Shown one piece after another: positions 1-8,935 of a DNA stretch of 27,931 nucleotides. The notes under the pieces were generated by a model. That model was not told where the DNA came from. It saw only the letters and a program-made list of their open reading frames with translations, and made no database searches. Each line of letters begins with the position of its first letter. The stretch's first letter is position 1. The position numbers were made by a program, and so were the translations under genes. Source of the DNA: K189A clade bacterium (GTDB lineage Bacteria > Pseudomonadota > Gammaproteobacteria > Pseudomonadales > Azotimanducaceae); contig RKSB01000122.1 in assembly GCA_007571095.1 (NCBI GenBank), forward strand, positions 1 to 27,931, given 5' to 3'.

Positions 1-11
1 ATGATGGAATC

Positions 12-584
12 ATGCGAAGTCCTTCTCCGCCACTTTCAATCCAGCATGTTGCGCACACAAGGGCGGGCGGATATGGCCGCTTTTCACGACAAGCCTGCCT
101 TAAAGGTGGCGTTGAAACAAGGCGAGCGGCGGCCGACTTCATCGGGCAGGGTAGGACTCTGGTAAATCTGCGCAGTTGGGCCGAAAGCCATCGCGATCGA
201 ATGATTGTTGCCGTCTTATTGACAGGAAGGCTCTATTTTGAAAGACTCAGCCCGGCCAGGGAGCAAGTTCATGAACTCAGACAAAAACACGGCAAAGACT
301 TCGAGCAATGGCGGGAAGGATTCTTCGCTCACACCTTCGATTGCCTTACTCAATCGAAAACTCGGTACCTCGCCCGCTCCCCGAATGTTGACACCATCCG
401 AAATCGTCCTGCTGAAGCAATGCGCAAAGGAGGCATGCGAGCCACTCGAAGAAGTCGCAGGGAACAGAAGAGATACGTAAAGGAACGGGAAGAATATTTC
501 AGCGAGTTGTTCCTTAACGGCTTCAACGGCTTCCGAGACCGTCTCAAATCTGCCACTTCGACCGAGCTCGACCAGCCCGCTTGA
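12..584 (+). CDS. Hypothetical protein; start uncertain (frame is open from the window edge; ATG at 12 or 201)
   Basis: 190-codon ORF. The 3' part (~240-584) reads as a plausible charged helical protein. No recognisable motif; the N-terminal third looks less protein-like. Confidence 0.35.
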   Translation: MRSPSPPLSIQHVAHTRAGGYGRFSRQACLKGGVETRRAAADFIGQGRTLVNLRSWAESHRDRMIVAVLLTGRLYFERLSPAREQVHELRQKHGKDFEQWREGFFAHTFDCLTQSKTRYLARSPNVDTIRNRPAEAMRKGGMRATRRSRREQKRYVKEREEYFSELFLNGFNGFRDRLKSATSTELDQPA

Positions 585-909
585 CCACCTGCTTGCGGAG
601 AGGCCTTTGCCTGACTGCCCGTTGGGGCTGTAGATCACCCAGAGCCCGCCCTGGTGGCGTACCAGGTCGGCCTTTTCGTCGCCTCCACTTCCGAAAGCCG
701 GGTACCGGCTGGCATGCAGGATTCGCTTCCGTAGTGACTTCGGCAGTGTCGAAGGCTGGCACTGAAGCGAGGTATCGCAGGGATCGCGCTGATGACGTTC
801 GATGGCATGGTGCGTCTTCCGGCAGTCGTTCGGCTATACTCCAGAGCAGGCTTCTGGCCTGGAACCGATGCAAATTTGGTGGCTTGCGAGATTTGCGGAG
901 GAACATCAA

Positions 910-2460
910 ATGATTGAAAAGCGTCTCAAGTCGCTGTGGGGACAACTACAGGGCAAGAAGCCGCATATGCGGCACTTTCTGGCGGAAGTTCGCCTGGCCG
1001 GAATTCGGGGAATAGACGATCTTCGGGTTTTGTTCGATTACCCGGTCAGCGTCATTGCGGGTGGTAATGCAAGCGGCAAGTCCACAGTGTTGTTTGCGGC
1101 GGCGTGTGCGTACAAGGTTCCAGGTGCCGGCGTAAAGGATTTCGTGCCATCAACCCTGTTTCCCGATCACAGGCCGAAAACGGGACAGCGAGAGGACGAG
1201 AAACGAGACACCCTGCTGGACTTCGACTATTCGACTCCAACCGGTCGGCAATCCATGCTCTGGAAAAGGGGCAAGAGTTGGAGCCGCAGCTTTCATGGAA
1301 GACGCAATGCGGTGCAACCGGAACGGCCATTGTATTTGCGCACCTTGAGTAACTTGAGCAATCCATCCGAAGTTCGCAGCCATCTGAAGATGGCTCGTCG
1401 CGGTTCGCCTTTGCAGGAATCGCCGTTAACCGCATCCCAGATCGAGTTCGCACAACAGATGTTGCCGTTCAGATACGCTGAAGTTGTCGGGCTATCCGGC
1501 GGCAGCAGGAAAGATTTGTTATTAGCCAGGCAAGAAGGTGGTGCCGCCTATTCCGAGTTCCATATGGCGGCAGGCGAGCGATCCATATTGCGACTCGCGC
1601 GAGAAATTGCCCAACTGCAAGACGCCCTCGTGCTGATCGATGAGGTCGAGGCTGGCCTGCACCCCTGGGTGCAACAATTGTTGATGCTGCAATTGCAACA
1701 ACTGGCATTGCGTAATGACTTGCAGGTCATTGTGACTTCGCATAGCCCCGTTGTGCTCGACTCCGTCCCTGAGAATGCCCGAATTTTTCTTGATCGAGAC
1801 AGCCATGGCAAAGTGACGGTACAACCGCCCTATCACGACATAGTGCAAAACGCCTTGTACGGACGCTCTGGAGAAGCACTGAATCTGCTTTGCGAGGACG
1901 AATCGGCTGAGGCGATGTTGCGGGGCATTTTTGATGTGTTGCTGCCTCGAAGAAGCATGGCAAGCGAATCGGTCCGCATTGGTCGGGACACTGGTGCCGA
2001 TGAATTCCCGACTCACGCCAGTGCATTTTCAAAATTCGGACAGATTCGGAATTTTGTCTTCGTGCTCGACGGTGACAAGCGCGATGGTCAGTCCGAACAG
2101 AAGATACACGAAGCCGCCGGATTTGAAGTTCCAGTGCTTTTTCTACCCGGTCACGAAGCCCCTGAAGCATGGATATGGAATCAACTGGGCAACAATCCCG
2201 ATGTAGCAGCAGGGCTGCATATTCGTACAGAAGAACTCACGGCACTCATGGACAGGCAAAACGCCATCTACGATTCATCATCCGACAGCACCGCACAAAA
2301 GGCAAAGTCGAAACTCCATGACCTGGCCGAGGATATGAACCACAGCACAGAGGAAATTTGCCGGATCATCGCAAGGCTGGAAGCGAGCCGTGTAGAAAGC
2401 GACATTCAGCCGCTGATGGAACAACTCGACACTGAATTGCAGCGATGGCGTGCCGGATAG
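910..2460 (+). CDS. ABC-type ATPase fused to a C-terminal TOPRIM domain (OLD-family-like ATP-dependent nuclease), 516 aa
   Basis: Walker A GGNASGKST, signature-like HMAAGE, Walker B/D-loop LIDEVEAGLHP, H-loop VTSHSP, TOPRIM acidic motifs LLCEDES and FVLDGD. SD-like GGAGGA just upstream of ATG 910 favours this start over 802. Confidence 0.85.
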   Translation: MIEKRLKSLWGQLQGKKPHMRHFLAEVRLAGIRGIDDLRVLFDYPVSVIAGGNASGKSTVLFAAACAYKVPGAGVKDFVPSTLFPDHRPKTGQREDEKRDTLLDFDYSTPTGRQSMLWKRGKSWSRSFHGRRNAVQPERPLYLRTLSNLSNPSEVRSHLKMARRGSPLQESPLTASQIEFAQQMLPFRYAEVVGLSGGSRKDLLLARQEGGAAYSEFHMAAGERSILRLAREIAQLQDALVLIDEVEAGLHPWVQQLLMLQLQQLALRNDLQVIVTSHSPVVLDSVPENARIFLDRDSHGKVTVQPPYHDIVQNALYGRSGEALNLLCEDESAEAMLRGIFDVLLPRRSMASESVRIGRDTGADEFPTHASAFSKFGQIRNFVFVLDGDKRDGQSEQKIHEAAGFEVPVLFLPGHEAPEAWIWNQLGNNPDVAAGLHIRTEELTALMDRQNAIYDSSSDSTAQKAKSKLHDLAEDMNHSTEEICRIIARLEASRVESDIQPLMEQLDTELQRWRAG

Positions 2461-2715
2461 CGGATTTTCGTGAGTGGGAACAAAGGCAAAGTGGCTGCGA
2501 TGAGTCTGTCCGAAAACGACTTTCCCGAGACACTAGTCCATTCACTGCTGGTCGAAGGCGGCCATGCGGCAGGCTTAAGCGACGGAATTCTGCGGAGTTC
2601 CTCTCCACCGACTTCTCCGCCGCCCAACACTCTGTCCAGAATCGCTCAAACTGATCCAGACCCTGGCTCAAACAGGGTGATCCCTCAAAGAACAGACAGG
2701 GACGGTCTTTGGTTG

Positions 2716-4461
2716 TCAGGTGCTTTCGGAAAGGATGCCGGCTGGCATCTGACTGCTTGGGGGCGCATCGACTCTCACCGGAGTGGCCGCTTTTTTCTCC
2801 ACTCGATAGGCTCGGTCGGCTATCTGAATAAGCTTGTCGTGATGTGATACGGCCAGTATGGCCATGTTGTCTCGCTGCTTGAGATATTCAAAAATTCTCT
2901 GCTCGCTCTGGGCATCCAGTGCATTGGTGGCTTCATCCAGAATCAGCAGTCTTGGTGAGTGCAGCAGGGCTCTGGCAATCATGATTCGCTGCCTTTGGCC
3001 GCCGCTGAGCTTCAGGCCTCTTTCTCCTGCCACCGTGTGCACGCCGTTTTCCAGTTCGGCTATGAAGTCTGTCGCACCAACGGACTCCAGTGCTTCGGCA
3101 ACGTCTCTGTCGCTGAACCGAGATTCACCCAGCAGGATATTGTTGAGAATTGTGTCATGCAGCAGGATTCCTTCCTGCGATACATAGCCAATGTGTTGCC
3201 TGTAGAAGTCCTGTCGAACCTCTTTCATGTTGACGCCATCCACTCTGACCGCGCCTGCAGTGGGCTGTCGAAGCCCGATGATGAGATCAACAATGGTGCT
3301 TTTACCGGCACCGGAAGGCCCGAACAGAAAAGTCAGCTGGCCGAACTCAAGCACCATCGAGAGGTTTTCCAGCACAGAGTCCCGGTCGTCGTAACTGAAA
3401 AAGACTTCAGCCAGTTCAACGCCCCTGGAAAGCCTGATTTTCGATCTTCCCGAAGACCTTTCCGACTCGGCGCGAGCCTTGGCGATGCTCGACAAAACCG
3501 CAGAATAGGCGTTCTTGTCGACGAGTGCCTGTTGATACTGTTTTTGTGCTTTTCCGCCGCAGCTGAGAATGCGGTAGAGCAGTACAGCCAAAGTGACGAT
3601 GGAGGCCAGAGTGATGCTGAAGTAGCTGGTGGTCAGATAAATCCCTCCCAGTACGGTGAATACAAAAATGGTCTGTTGCAGGGCGTTCATGGCGGCGGCA
3701 CTGAGGCCCTCCAGTTTGAGTGCCGATTCAAGCTGCCGGGCATTGTTGCTGGTTGTCTCGATTACCAGACGTTCTCTCGCCATCGCCTTGAAGATCTTGA
3801 TCGAGTGAATCGCATTGGCCAGGTCTGCAACCAGAGATCTGTAGGCTCTTACCTGCCTTTTGCCGGCTTTGCGGGCAAGCCGGGTCAAGCCACTTAAAGC
3901 TATCCAGATGCCGGCAAACATGGCACTGACCAGCAGGGTTGCCTGCCAGGCGACTGCCAGTGCAGCCAGCATGTAGATAAGGGTGGTGATAAGCAGGGAT
4001 ATGGTCGTCATAAGGCGCAGGTAGCAACTGGATGAACGGCTGATTTCAATGGACATGGCATTGAGCAGTTCGCCACTGGACTGGCCTGCAAAATAGGCCC
4101 ACCGAGCATTGGCCAGAACGCCCAGCAACTCAAGCCGAAGGTGAGTCTCTATGCGGGCAGCCACATAAAAAATCTTCTTTTGTGCGAACAGTAAAAGCAC
4201 GCTTTTGAACATAAAGCCGGCCGCTATGACCAGAGTGATGTTACCCATCGTGGGCTCGACTCCGAACGTCCGAAAGGAGTCGAAAATCCATTCCGCCAGA
4301 CCCTCTTCTTCGCCTGTCACCTGGCTGTCATTGGCTCGCTCGGCGAGCGTCAGCAGCGGCAGAATGGAGGCCACACTCAAGCCTTCACTTACGTTGCCAA
4401 GCAAAAGCAACAGTAGCACCAACAGGCTCTGTCTTGGATAGGACAATAAAAAACCGGACAT
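2716..4461 (-). CDS. ABC exporter, fused TMD+NBD (MsbA-like lipid/glycolipid flippase family)
   Basis: Hydrophobic N-terminal half; GPSGAGKST, LSGGQRQRIMIARAL, LLILDEATNALD and SHH motifs. Confidence 0.9.
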   Translation of the reverse strand: MSGFLLSYPRQSLLVLLLLLLGNVSEGLSVASILPLLTLAERANDSQVTGEEEGLAEWIFDSFRTFGVEPTMGNITLVIAAGFMFKSVLLLFAQKKIFYVAARIETHLRLELLGVLANARWAYFAGQSSGELLNAMSIEISRSSSCYLRLMTTISLLITTLIYMLAALAVAWQATLLVSAMFAGIWIALSGLTRLARKAGKRQVRAYRSLVADLANAIHSIKIFKAMARERLVIETTSNNARQLESALKLEGLSAAAMNALQQTIFVFTVLGGIYLTTSYFSITLASIVTLAVLLYRILSCGGKAQKQYQQALVDKNAYSAVLSSIAKARAESERSSGRSKIRLSRGVELAEVFFSYDDRDSVLENLSMVLEFGQLTFLFGPSGAGKSTIVDLIIGLRQPTAGAVRVDGVNMKEVRQDFYRQHIGYVSQEGILLHDTILNNILLGESRFSDRDVAEALESVGATDFIAELENGVHTVAGERGLKLSGGQRQRIMIARALLHSPRLLILDEATNALDAQSEQRIFEYLKQRDNMAILAVSHHDKLIQIADRAYRVEKKAATPVRVDAPPSSQMPAGILSEST

Positions 4462-4487
4462 TTTTTCAGGCTGCTCTTTTCAGGCTA

Positions 4488-5573
4488 CTAATAAGAAAAC
4501 ATGCTCTTTGAGCGGGCGAGGTAGTACCGAAGAAGCCCCAGTACCGCCAGCATGCCACACGGAATCAAGCTGCTGACAAGAGGGTTGAGTTGCCAAAGCA
4601 GGCTGAATCCGGCGACAAGATGTGCTGTCAGAGCGCAGAATACACCAGTGCCTGCGCAGATCAAAAGCACTCCGCCCAGGTGCTCTCTTTGCGGTGTCGT
4701 CAGGACAAAAGCGGCACTCAGAAATATCATTCCGGCAATGGTCAGGGGAGAAAGGGCGCGCTGCCAGAACAGCAGGTGCGCCTGCCGATCCTCGGTATCT
4801 CTCTGAACGGCACTCCTGTGTCTGTTCCACAGTTCGCCGAGAGACAGGGTATGAACAGGCATCTCATATATTCTGCTTTCCAGATCGCTCACAGGTGGCT
4901 CCATTGTCTGGCTTTCCAGATAAAGGCTTTCGGCTTCATCCGATTCCAGCTGCTGTTTCATGACCTGTTCCAGCCGCCATTGTCCGTCCTCTTCAAAGGT
5001 CACCGAATTTGCTCTGGTCCATTTGCTCAGAGTGCCCTTGTCGCCCAGTTCGTAAATCACAAGATCGCCGGATCCGCCGCCTCGTTGAAGATCCGATATT
5101 CGAACAATCCTGTTTTTGTGTCGAAGCCAGAAGGCATCCTGATTGAGCAAACCGGCATGCAGGGTACGTTGTGCCTTGTAGAGTTCAGCATTCTGGTGCA
5201 AAGCGGGTGCTATCCACTGTTGAAGCAGAAAGACCATCAGGATCAGAGGCAGACTGCCGATGCCCACGGTGCCTGCAATATAGCCCAATCCTCTGCCGGA
5301 GGACATGATGCCGATAAGTTCGCTGTGCCGAACAAGCGAGCCGAGAGTCCAGAGAATTCCGAAGAGAGCAACGAAGGGAGCAACGCTTAAGAACTGGCGA
5401 GGCGTGGTCATCACGACGTACCAGACGGCATCCATGGTCTGGTAGGTGCCGACTCCTGTGTTGTTTAACTGTTCAATGAAGGTAAAGACATTGAAAAGCA
5501 GGCTGAAAGCGACCAGACAGAGTAGCTGCCCCTTGATGACTTCGCTGATTATGTAACCCGCCAGTACAGGCAT
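4488..5573 (-). CDS. lptG: LptG-family permease (YjgP/YjgQ family), probably a second, specialised paralogue
   Basis: Three N-terminal TM segments, LGSLVRHSELIGIMSSG motif, beta-rich periplasmic region (FWLRHKNRIVRI), three C-terminal TM segments; tandem with an lptF-like gene. Confidence 0.85.
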   Translation of the reverse strand: MPVLAGYIISEVIKGQLLCLVAFSLLFNVFTFIEQLNNTGVGTYQTMDAVWYVVMTTPRQFLSVAPFVALFGILWTLGSLVRHSELIGIMSSGRGLGYIAGTVGIGSLPLILMVFLLQQWIAPALHQNAELYKAQRTLHAGLLNQDAFWLRHKNRIVRISDLQRGGGSGDLVIYELGDKGTLSKWTRANSVTFEEDGQWRLEQVMKQQLESDEAESLYLESQTMEPPVSDLESRIYEMPVHTLSLGELWNRHRSAVQRDTEDRQAHLLFWQRALSPLTIAGMIFLSAAFVLTTPQREHLGGVLLICAGTGVFCALTAHLVAGFSLLWQLNPLVSSLIPCGMLAVLGLLRYYLARSKSMFSY

Positions 5574-5574
5574 A

Positions 5575-6666
5575 TCATCGACTCCTTAACCGACCGACCA
5601 GCAGCGGTCGCAGGTAGAGAAAGCCGGTTATTACTGCGAGCAGACAGGAGACCAGCCAGAGGCCGGGAAACCGGTTCAGATTACCCTGTTCGATCGAGTT
5701 CTGAGTAACGGATATCAGATAAAAGGTCACCGCATAGAGTGCGAGCCCGGAAAGTATTCTTATATTGGTACTTGAGCCTGGTTGGGCGCGACTCAGGGGA
5801 ACTGCCAGAACACACAGCAGAAAGCTGACAAGCGGCCAATTGAGTCGACTTTGCAACTCGGCGGCTTCCTTGTTGGACTCCCTGTTCAACAGGCTTGCGG
5901 TTGGAAGCGTCTTGCGTTTGTTGATGTTCAGCTGTCTGCGCAGGCCGTCTGTAGAGAAGTTCAGCTGATCGAAAACGCTCTCCCGATAAAACTGGCCATT
6001 CTCCCTGAGCCAGTAAATGGCCCCTGAATAAAGCTTGACATGGCTCTGCTCAATTGAACTCAAGGTCAGAATAGCTCTTTTTGCGGTAATAATTCTGGCT
6101 TCCTGAGGATCATCCATATAGAGAAAAATATCGGACATTTCCTTGGTTTCCTGATCAACGATACTCATTTCCTGAGTGCTGAGAACCCAGGAGTCTTCGC
6201 CGAGGGGCACAAAGGCACCCGAGTCCGACGGTGCAAACTCTATGCTCTGCAACAACCGCTCTTCAAGCTGATAAATCTTCTGGTAGGCCCAGGGCCTGAC
6301 CCACAAGGTCAAAGAGGCGGTCAACAGCATCAACACACTCGCCGCAAGTACGACCGGCTTGGCCAGCCGCCATTCGCTCCAGCCGAGGCACAGCATGACC
6401 GGAAGCTCGGAGTCGCGATACAGTCGATTGAGGCTCAGGACCACTCCAGAGTAAAAGGCACTCGCCAGCAGAATAGGGGCTGCAACCAGAAGGTTGTAAG
6501 CCAGTAGCTGCAACAGGGTAAAGGCCGAAGAATGACCCAGGGCGTTGGAGATTTCGTTGCCAAGAATGGCGGCCAGTGTGTAGCATAAGAAGATGACAAA
6601 CAGTATGGTCAGTGCTACTCCTGACGGCTTGATGGCCTGGCTCCATATATACTGGTCAACAACCAT
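5575..6666 (-). CDS. lptF: LptF-family permease (YjgP/YjgQ family), probably a second, specialised paralogue
   Basis: N-terminal MVVDQYI, LNRLYRDSELPVMLCLG motif, WVRPWA, AELQSRLNWPL..LAVPLS; 1-bp gap to lptG. Confidence 0.85.
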   Translation of the reverse strand: MVVDQYIWSQAIKPSGVALTILFVIFLCYTLAAILGNEISNALGHSSAFTLLQLLAYNLLVAAPILLASAFYSGVVLSLNRLYRDSELPVMLCLGWSEWRLAKPVVLAASVLMLLTASLTLWVRPWAYQKIYQLEERLLQSIEFAPSDSGAFVPLGEDSWVLSTQEMSIVDQETKEMSDIFLYMDDPQEARIITAKRAILTLSSIEQSHVKLYSGAIYWLRENGQFYRESVFDQLNFSTDGLRRQLNINKRKTLPTASLLNRESNKEAAELQSRLNWPLVSFLLCVLAVPLSRAQPGSSTNIRILSGLALYAVTFYLISVTQNSIEQGNLNRFPGLWLVSCLLAVITGFLYLRPLLVGRLRSR

Positions 6667-6765
6667 TTAGTAGAGGGTCGGTTACAGACACAACGACCCT
6701 TATTCTAGCCTTTGACCGAGAAGCTTGTGTCGGCATGGCGGTTTCTCTCTTTATGGTTTCTCTCT

Positions 6766-7872
6766 ATGGATTCCAGGTCTCCTGTTGTTTGGGTACTGCT
6801 CGGTGAAAAGCCGGGCGACAACAATCAGCTTGCCGTGCTGGCGGAAGATTTGGCCTGGCCTTACACAGCAGTGTCCCTGCGCTACAGAAGTTACGAACTC
6901 CTCACCAACCTGCTGCTTCGAAAAACCCTGCTTGGGCTGGCGGCCGGATCAGAACTTCAGATTCAGCCTCCCTGGCCTGACCTGATCCTGACTGCCGGCA
7001 GACGGAATGAACCCGTTGCGCGGTGGATCCAACAGCAGTCTCGACAGAGGACGAAGATAGTTCATCTGGGGCGTCCGTGGACACACCCCAGGCATCTTGA
7101 TCTGGTGGTGGTGTCTGGCCAATACCCTCGAGTACCCGCGTTACCCAATGTCATTCGCAACAGGCTTCCGCTCACTCGGTTTCCAGACGGCAAGCTGGCG
7201 GCGGCAAAAAAACGCTGGAAAAGACTGGAAGCCCTGCCATCCCCTCGCTATGCTCTGCTCATCGGCGGGCGCGACGGCGGTGCTCTGCTCGATAACAGGC
7301 GGGCGAAGGCTCTGCTGAAGGCAGCCAACAGCCTGGCTGAAGAGACAGCCGGCAGTTTGCTGATTACCACCAGTGCTCGAACACCCGCCGGCATCCAGAC
7401 ACTGTTTCCAGAGTGTATCAAGGTGCAGCATTCCACATTTTTCTGGGGTACTGAGGCACCCAACCCCTATTTCGCCTATCTCGCCTATGCAGATGAACTG
7501 ATCGTGACCGGAGACAGCATCTCCATGCTGGCTGATGCCTGTTTTACCGGCCGACCGGTGCATATTTTCAGTCTGCGCTCTGCGTTGCCAGAGGGCGAAG
7601 GAGAGCCTTGGTTCGCAAGATGTCAGCGCGGTGTTTTGTCGAGTCGGGCGATTCAGGATCGGATTGCCCGGCTGATCACACCCGCCCGTATGCACCGTGA
7701 TCTGGAGTCACTCCACCGCCACCTGATAAAAAGCGGTTCGGCGGTCTGGCTGGGCCAGAAGGCAGAGAAAAGCCACCGCCCTCTGTCGATGAGGCAAGAC
7801 CTGAAAAGGACATCGTCGGCGGTCAAGTCCCTGATGAGCCTGAACGACCAGGCACCTCCCCTGTTCGACTAG
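6766..7872 (+). CDS. ELM1-like (DUF1022) protein, predicted GT-B fold nucleotide-sugar-binding enzyme
   Basis: VWVLLGEKPGDNNQ, PWPDLILTAGRR, LLIGG, ITTSARTP, NPYFAYLAYADELIVTGDSISMLADA match the ELM1 family pattern. Alternative TTG start at 6712. Confidence 0.75.
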   Translation: MDSRSPVVWVLLGEKPGDNNQLAVLAEDLAWPYTAVSLRYRSYELLTNLLLRKTLLGLAAGSELQIQPPWPDLILTAGRRNEPVARWIQQQSRQRTKIVHLGRPWTHPRHLDLVVVSGQYPRVPALPNVIRNRLPLTRFPDGKLAAAKKRWKRLEALPSPRYALLIGGRDGGALLDNRRAKALLKAANSLAEETAGSLLITTSARTPAGIQTLFPECIKVQHSTFFWGTEAPNPYFAYLAYADELIVTGDSISMLADACFTGRPVHIFSLRSALPEGEGEPWFARCQRGVLSSRAIQDRIARLITPARMHRDLESLHRHLIKSGSAVWLGQKAEKSHRPLSMRQDLKRTSSAVKSLMSLNDQAPPLFD

Positions 7873-8819
7873 GCACTTCCCCTGCTGATAGACTTGAGCG
7901 GAAAACGAGGCCAGGCTTCCAGCGACTGAACGCTGGTCAGCAGTTTCGGAGCATCGTGGCGAATGTGATTGGCTGCCATTTCGGCTTCCAGTTCTTCGGC
8001 AGTGATGATGTTTCGCTCCATACATTCCTTGAGTAAGCCGAAGAAGAGTTGCTCCTGATTGGTATCGGGATGCTTTCTGTAGTGACCCAGAAAAGCGTAT
8101 TCGCCAAACAGCTTTCTCTTGAGAATCAACATCCAGCGAAGAGGCGGAAAGTAGCGGGAACGTTCCGCCAGACGCCAGTCTACCGGTAATCCGGTTTTCC
8201 ACGGCTGGGTGGCTCTTTTGGTGTTGTGCAGCATCTTGGTTGTGCTGCTCAGCCGGTCAAAATCATTCCACTCGTTTTCAAAGTGCCCAATGCTGTCTTC
8301 GTCTTCTTTCAGCAGGCAGATCCAGTCGTGGTAGTCGAGTTCACCCTTGAACATTGATTTGAAAGAGTCTTCGGCGTTCCAGTGCCGAAGCCGACTGTTG
8401 TCCAGCAGCATCACCGAGGTGGCTTTGCACCTGTGCTTCGAACTCAGAATGCTTCGAGAGCGCATTCGGCACAGAATGGCCTTGCCCTGCATATCCCTGT
8501 TCAGTAGCTGCCATATGTCATCGACGGCGAAAATATCCGGATCGATCACCACCGACCGGCCTTCGTAACCCATCAACTGGGGCGGCAGAAAGCGCAATGG
8601 AGTAAAGGATTGCAGGTCGTCGTACAGCCAGGTCCGCCAGACTCCATCACGCAGATAGTCTTTTCCGTCATGACTTTTGACCCAGTCATAGTCCTGAGTG
8701 CTGATGATTTTTACGGCAAAGCGGTCGGCGTGATTTGAATTCCTCTTCAGGGCATAGGCAGCTACTTTGGCACCCAGCATTTGCTTGGGATTGGTGTGTA
8801 TGAAGACGCAGTGATCCAT
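7869..8819 (-). CDS. GT-A-fold glycosyltransferase-like protein (GT8-like)
   Basis: SFTPLRFLPP followed by a DxD motif (VIDPDIF), TSVMLLDN and LHNT..TQPWK; GGAGG SD upstream of ATG 8819. Confidence 0.6.
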   Translation of the reverse strand: MDHCVFIHTNPKQMLGAKVAAYALKRNSNHADRFAVKIISTQDYDWVKSHDGKDYLRDGVWRTWLYDDLQSFTPLRFLPPQLMGYEGRSVVIDPDIFAVDDIWQLLNRDMQGKAILCRMRSRSILSSKHRCKATSVMLLDNSRLRHWNAEDSFKSMFKGELDYHDWICLLKEDEDSIGHFENEWNDFDRLSSTTKMLHNTKRATQPWKTGLPVDWRLAERSRYFPPLRWMLILKRKLFGEYAFLGHYRKHPDTNQEQLFFGLLKECMERNIITAEELEAEMAANHIRHDAPKLLTSVQSLEAWPRFPLKSISRGSA

Positions 8820-8935
8820 GAGGCCTCCAGAATAAGGGGAGTGTGGCAGCAGACAGACTTCAAAAAAGAATAGCACCTGCCTGCCTGTTCACCAAGTTTA
8901 CCCTGTTGCTGTACCTCTCTTTCTTTCAGCCTGCT

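Noticed and set aside
802-909. ORF-track N-terminal extension of the ATPase-TOPRIM gene
   Set aside because: A strong SD precedes ATG 910 and the extra 36 aa look non-conserved.
585-2460. Retron (type I-B-like) interpretation of structured spacer plus ATPase-TOPRIM
   Set aside because: No reverse transcriptase motifs (e.g. YADD) in the window, and the long-range inverted repeat is only 7 bp, about chance level.
2461-2715. Spacer with imperfect TCCAGA...GCTCAAAC duplication and ORFs 2470-2847 and 2366-2671
   Set aside because: Two short degenerate copies only; the ORFs overlap real genes and show no motifs; no att site or IS end could be supported.
2959-3897. Long opposite-strand ORFs (also 4590-5390, 12748-13602, 23082-23957, 25695-26903)
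   Set aside because: Antisense shadows of well-supported genes, with no motifs.
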